Origin: Halomicronema sp.
Lineage (GTDB): Bacteria; Cyanobacteriota; Cyanobacteriia; Cyanobacteriales; Oscillatoriaceae
Assembly (NCBI GenBank): GCA_036704045.1
Contig: DATNQM010000009.1
Span: 43,563 to 75,562 of the forward strand
Length of the DNA stretch: 32,000 bases
Direction of reading: 5' to 3'
Positions 28,661 to 32,000 of this stretch are shown piece after piece. The translations under genes were made by a program, and so were the position numbers. Under the pieces are notes generated by a model. That model was not told the origin of the DNA, did not search any database, and saw only the letters and a list, made by a program, of their open reading frames with translations. How positions within the stretch are numbered: position 1 is the stretch's first letter; each line of letters begins with the position of its first letter.

Positions 28661-28768
28661 TGCTGCTGTGTTTTAGTGGGCTATCCCCACCGTCTATTAA
28701 GGGTGGGTATAGCGAAAAAAGTATGCCGTTGCTTTTGCCACCGACCTCATCAGAGGGCTTAACCGAAC

Positions 28769-30121
28769 CTAGGGAAGTAACTTCTGGATAACTTCTAGTT
28801 GAGTTGTATCACGGATAATTAAAAAGATGCCCAAACCCAAAAGCAGCATCAAGCCGGTTTGCATTACGCCATCTTGGATTTTAGTAGGCAAAGGTTTTCC
28901 GCGTAAACCTTCAATGAGAAGAAACGCAAGTTGCCCGCCATCTAAAGCAGGTAACGGCAGAATATTCAACACTCCCAGGTTAATACTGATTAAAGCAGCA
29001 AACCAAAATAAATTAGTAATATCGCTTTCAGCAAGTTTGGCACCTTGTTCGACAATTTTAACCGGCCCAGCAATTTGTTCTGCCGTAGAGTTAAAATTAC
29101 TCACCAATTGTCCGAAACCTTGGAAAGTTAACACTACAATTTTTTCAAATTGTTCTGCACCGGCACCGAAAGCTTCAAAAATATTACTGGTTTTCTTTTT
29201 CACCACATTGGGCGCCAGTTGCAAAATCATCGGCTTCTTACTTTGTTCTTTTTCTTCTCTCACTTGAGTTGTGATCTGCTCATCCCCTCGCTTGATCACA
29301 ACGTCTAGGGGCTGATTTTTGACCTCTTGTATAACTTTTTGCAATTGTTGTAGGCCGGTGGTCGATTCCCCTAAAGTTTGGCCGTTTGCAGAAAGAAAAA
29401 CATCACCTTTTTGAATCGGCGTAGTGCTTGTAAGGCTTAGTTCGGGTGTCAATTGATCGACAGTCACACCAGGGCCGGTTTCATTTGGTTTGAGAATAAC
29501 ACCAATGCGACCAATTCCTTGACTATCGGCTTGGGGTACAATTGTGAGTCTTATTTTTTTCTCATTGCGCTGAATTGTGAGAGAAATGGGCTCGTTGGGA
29601 TTGGATTGTATAATTTTTTGGAAAGTTTGGACACCAGGCCGCGAGGTCGCAAGGTCTTGGCCGTCCGCAGAGAGGATAATGTCTTTGGCTTGAATGCCGG
29701 CCGCCGCCGCAACGCTGAGACTGTTGGCGATCTGCGAGACTTGCACTCCCGACTGCATTTGCTGGATACCAACCAGTCCGACATGAGCAACTAGCAGAAA
29801 ATAAGCGAAAATTAAATTGGCAATAACACCGGCACTAATAACAATTGCCCGGTCAAGAACCGGCCGGTTTCTGAGTAAATTGGGGTCATCGGTGGGAATA
29901 CTGCTTTCGGGGTCGTCGTCGGGAAAGCCGACGTAGCCTCCCAGGGGAAAACCACGCAACGCATACTCGGTTTCTGGGCCCTGATATTTCCACAATATAG
30001 GGCCGAAGCCAATAGAAAAGCGGTTAACGTGGATGCCTTGAAGTCTGGCTGCTAAAAAGTGGCCAAGTTCGTGAATGACGATTAGGAGGGCTAAAACGCC
30101 GATGGCTGCTAATACTGACAT
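28769..30121 (-). CDS. rseP: RIP-type site-2 zinc metalloprotease with PDZ domains
   Basis: HELGHFLAARLQG (HExxH), PDZ-like regions, LNILPLPALDGGQLAFLLIEGLRG. Confidence 0.96.
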   Translation of the reverse strand: MSVLAAIGVLALLIVIHELGHFLAARLQGIHVNRFSIGFGPILWKYQGPETEYALRGFPLGGYVGFPDDDPESSIPTDDPNLLRNRPVLDRAIVISAGVIANLIFAYFLLVAHVGLVGIQQMQSGVQVSQIANSLSVAAAAGIQAKDIILSADGQDLATSRPGVQTFQKIIQSNPNEPISLTIQRNEKKIRLTIVPQADSQGIGRIGVILKPNETGPGVTVDQLTPELSLTSTTPIQKGDVFLSANGQTLGESTTGLQQLQKVIQEVKNQPLDVVIKRGDEQITTQVREEKEQSKKPMILQLAPNVVKKKTSNIFEAFGAGAEQFEKIVVLTFQGFGQLVSNFNSTAEQIAGPVKIVEQGAKLAESDITNLFWFAALISINLGVLNILPLPALDGGQLAFLLIEGLRGKPLPTKIQDGVMQTGLMLLLGLGIFLIIRDTTQLEVIQKLLP

Positions 30122-30381
30122 GAAGGGTTTTTTGCTTTTTGTGTTTTATTTTACTACTTTTATTATTATGGCAAGAAATTAAGATGATAATAAAAGTAAT
30201 ATCTACCGGGTAAAACCCTCATCAGAAATATGATGACAGTCTCAAGGGTGTTTATATTATCGGCATTGGTAATACAATTAAAGCGTACAAACTCGGCAAA
30301 TTTTTCTAAATCTTGAAACGATAAATTCTCGATGTATAAAACTTAAATATTTCTGCTTTTATTATTTTTTGCGAGTTGAAA

Positions 30382-32000
30382 ATGGCTAATTTTTCTAAAA
30401 TTTTTATTGCCTTAATTTCTGGTTCTCTGGTGGCCGGTGTTGGCGGCTTTGTTTCTCCGTCTTTTTCTCAATCTATTATTCCTGCCCAAGACGGCACCGG
30501 CACTGTTATTACTCCCCAGAATAATCAATTTAACATTACTGGCGGTAGTGTTTCTGCTGATGGGGCAAATCTTTTTCATAGTTTTAGCCAATTTAATTTA
30601 TCTCCTGGTCAAATTGCGAATTTTATTTCTAATCCAAATATCCTTAATATTTTAGGTAGAATTAATGACGGTAATCCGAGTTATATTAATGGTTTAATAC
30701 AAGTTACAGGCGGAAATTCTCAGTTATTTTTAATGAATCCAGCTGGTGTTGTTTTTGGGGCAAATGCAAGTCTAAATGTGCCGTCTTCTTTTGCGGCTAC
30801 TACGGCTACTGGTATTGGATTTAATAACGGTTTTTTTAATGCGTTTGGTGTGAATAATTATGCAGCATTAGTTGGAAATCCTAGCGCTTTTAATTTTGCT
30901 GTTCCCCAGCCAGGATCAATTGTTAATGCTGGAAATTTGAATTTAAAACCAGAAAATAATCTTATCTTGGTAGGCGGGAATGTAATTAACACCGGCATTC
31001 TTTCTTCCCCAGGTGGAAATGTTAGTCTCACTGCTGTTCCTGGGAATAATTCTGTAACAATTATTCAACAAGGAAGAATTTTAAGTTTGGAAATTGTCCC
31101 TAATTCTCTTCCTGTTTCAACGCCAATTACACCTTTATCTTTACCTCAATTATTAACCGGCCCCAACACAGAGAACACTGCCCAAAGTTTGATAGTAAAT
31201 GAAAATGGCGATGTAGTTTTAGTTCAAAAAAATATAGTAATACCCAGAGATTCTAGGGTGAATGTTGCCCCTGGAAATATCAATGTTTTATCTCCATCTA
31301 TTAACGGAAATATAAGTATTTTAGGCAACAATGTAGAGCAATTAAATGCCCCAACAAACTTAAATCCAGTGCCAATAAATAGTCAGCCTGCCGGTGAAAT
31401 ACCTCCTTTGCCTAATGTTCCTCCACCGGCACCTCCAGCCAGCATTAACCCGGAAGTTCCTAACCCTAATAATACCAATAATGTTCCTCCACCGGCACCT
31501 CCAGCCAGCATTAACCCGGAAGTTTCTAACCCCAATAATGCCAACTCCACCGGTGTATTACCTCCTCCCCCTCCCCCTTCTCCTCTTCCTTCTCCTTCGC
31601 AACCAGGCAATGTAATACAAACTATTACTGCTGTCAATTATCCTACAAATATTAACCCTACCAATGTTTTGCCAGCAAATATTAATCCTACCAATGTTTT
31701 GCCTATAAATGGGAATATTTTAACTATTAATAACCTTGGAAACCCCGGAAATATAAGTATTAATCCCCCAGTAAATATTGGTAATGGAAACCCCGGAAAT
31801 ATAAGTATTAATCCCCCAGTAAATCTTCCAGGCGCGGGAAATCTACCTGGTAAAATAGGGTCTGGAGGTATTCGCATTCCCCGTAACTCAAACGGAGAAC
31901 CTCAACCAAGAAATTCTAACAATAACCCTGCCAATAATCAAATCATTGAAAGAAGAAATCAACCAGATAAAAACCGGGAAGATAACCCAGTTGAAACCGT
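30382..32000 (+). CDS. Two-partner-secretion exoprotein (filamentous haemagglutinin N-terminal domain), 5' part; open at the right edge and absent from the supplied track
   Basis: MANFSKIFIALISGSLVAGVGGFVSPSFSQSIIPAQ...HSFSQFNLSPGQIANFISNPNILNILGRINDGNPSYINGLIQVTGGNSQLFLMNPAGVVFGANASL. The NPNGI/NPAG-V-FG block is classical for TPS domains. The frame stays open for 539 codons. Confidence 0.92.
   Translation, partial: MANFSKIFIALISGSLVAGVGGFVSPSFSQSIIPAQDGTGTVITPQNNQFNITGGSVSADGANLFHSFSQFNLSPGQIANFISNPNILNILGRINDGNPSYINGLIQVTGGNSQLFLMNPAGVVFGANASLNVPSSFAATTATGIGFNNGFFNAFGVNNYAALVGNPSAFNFAVPQPGSIVNAGNLNLKPENNLILVGGNVINTGILSSPGGNVSLTAVPGNNSVTIIQQGRILSLEIVPNSLPVSTPITPLSLPQLLTGPNTENTAQSLIVNENGDVVLVQKNIVIPRDSRVNVAPGNINVLSPSINGNISILGNNVEQLNAPTNLNPVPINSQPAGEIPPLPNVPPPAPPASINPEVPNPNNTNNVPPPAPPASINPEVSNPNNANSTGVLPPPPPPSPLPSPSQPGNVIQTITAVNYPTNINPTNVLPANINPTNVLPINGNILTINNLGNPGNISINPPVNIGNGNPGNISINPPVNLPGAGNLPGKIGSGGIRIPRNSNGEPQPRNSNNNPANNQIIERRNQPDKNREDNPVET
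31414..31545 (+). repeat. Two in-frame 66-bp tandem repeats in the TPS protein
   Basis: NVPPPAPPASINPEVPNPNNTN / NVPPPAPPASINPEVSNPNNAN. Confidence 0.9.
31648..31707 (+). repeat. Two in-frame 30-bp tandem repeats
   Basis: NINPTNVLPA / NINPTNVLPI. Confidence 0.85.
31738..31824 (+). repeat. In-frame 48-bp tandem repeat (about 1.8 copies)
   Basis: ggaaaccccggaaatataagtattaatcccccagtaaat(attggtaat), encoding GNPGNISINPPVN(IGN); identical over 39 nt. Confidence 0.9.

Noticed and set aside
28827-29267. 146-aa '+' ORF inside the rseP locus
   Set aside because: Antisense shadow of the clearly real rseP reading frame, with low-complexity S/C/T-rich composition; the same applies to 29453-29794 and 29551-29790.
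30197-30227. TCATCA...TGATGA small inverted repeat upstream of the TPS gene
   Set aside because: Only a 6-bp stem with no supporting context.
31383-31637. Gly/Leu-rich '-' ORFs (also 31638-31877)
   Set aside because: Antisense translations of the Pro/Asn-rich repeats of the TPS protein.
1-32000. Search for CRISPR arrays, transposases, tRNA/rRNA, retrons or toxin-antitoxin pairs
   Set aside because: No regularly spaced direct repeats, transposase motifs, cloverleaf-like genes or reverse-transcriptase motifs were recognisable by eye. Absence should be confirmed with dedicated tools (tRNAscan-SE, CRISPR finders, DefenseFinder).

Overview
This is a cyanobacterial chromosomal segment, AT-rich and probably from an Oscillatoriales-type filamentous genome. 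It holds mostly housekeeping and transport genes. In order: 3' end of a histidine kinase; rlmN; a small zinc-ribbon ORF missing from the track; sbtA-sbtB bicarbonate uptake pair; a GT2-TPR glycosyltransferase; a GlsB/YeaQ-like membrane protein; a Ser/Thr kinase-TPR protein; a DUF1400-type protein; three fasciclin-domain paralogs; a glutathione S-transferase; a HerA/DUF87 ATPase; serS; modBC fusion and modA; a Mn-type ABC transporter with mntC divergent from mntA-mntB; an uncharacterised membrane-anchored protein; a second kinase-TPR protein; small hypotheticals; rpsN, nth, rseP; and the 5' part of a two-partner-secretion (FHA N-domain) protein that runs off the right edge. I found no CRISPR array, transposase, tRNA/rRNA or recognisable defence island. 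The most interesting signals are not canonical genes. They are (1) a dispersed imperfect-palindromic intergenic element with conserved TATAGC...GCTATA ends, at 2418-2494 and 10403-10501, each just downstream of a stop codon; (2) an extreme excess of the hexamer GCCGGT/ACCGGC, with the classical HIP1 octamer not seen; (3) tandem repeats upstream of rlmN and inside the mod locus; and (4) a kinase-TPR protein with a non-canonical HRDVNPHN catalytic loop, whose strand is mislabelled '+' in the supplied ORF track. No clearly new multi-gene system is supported.
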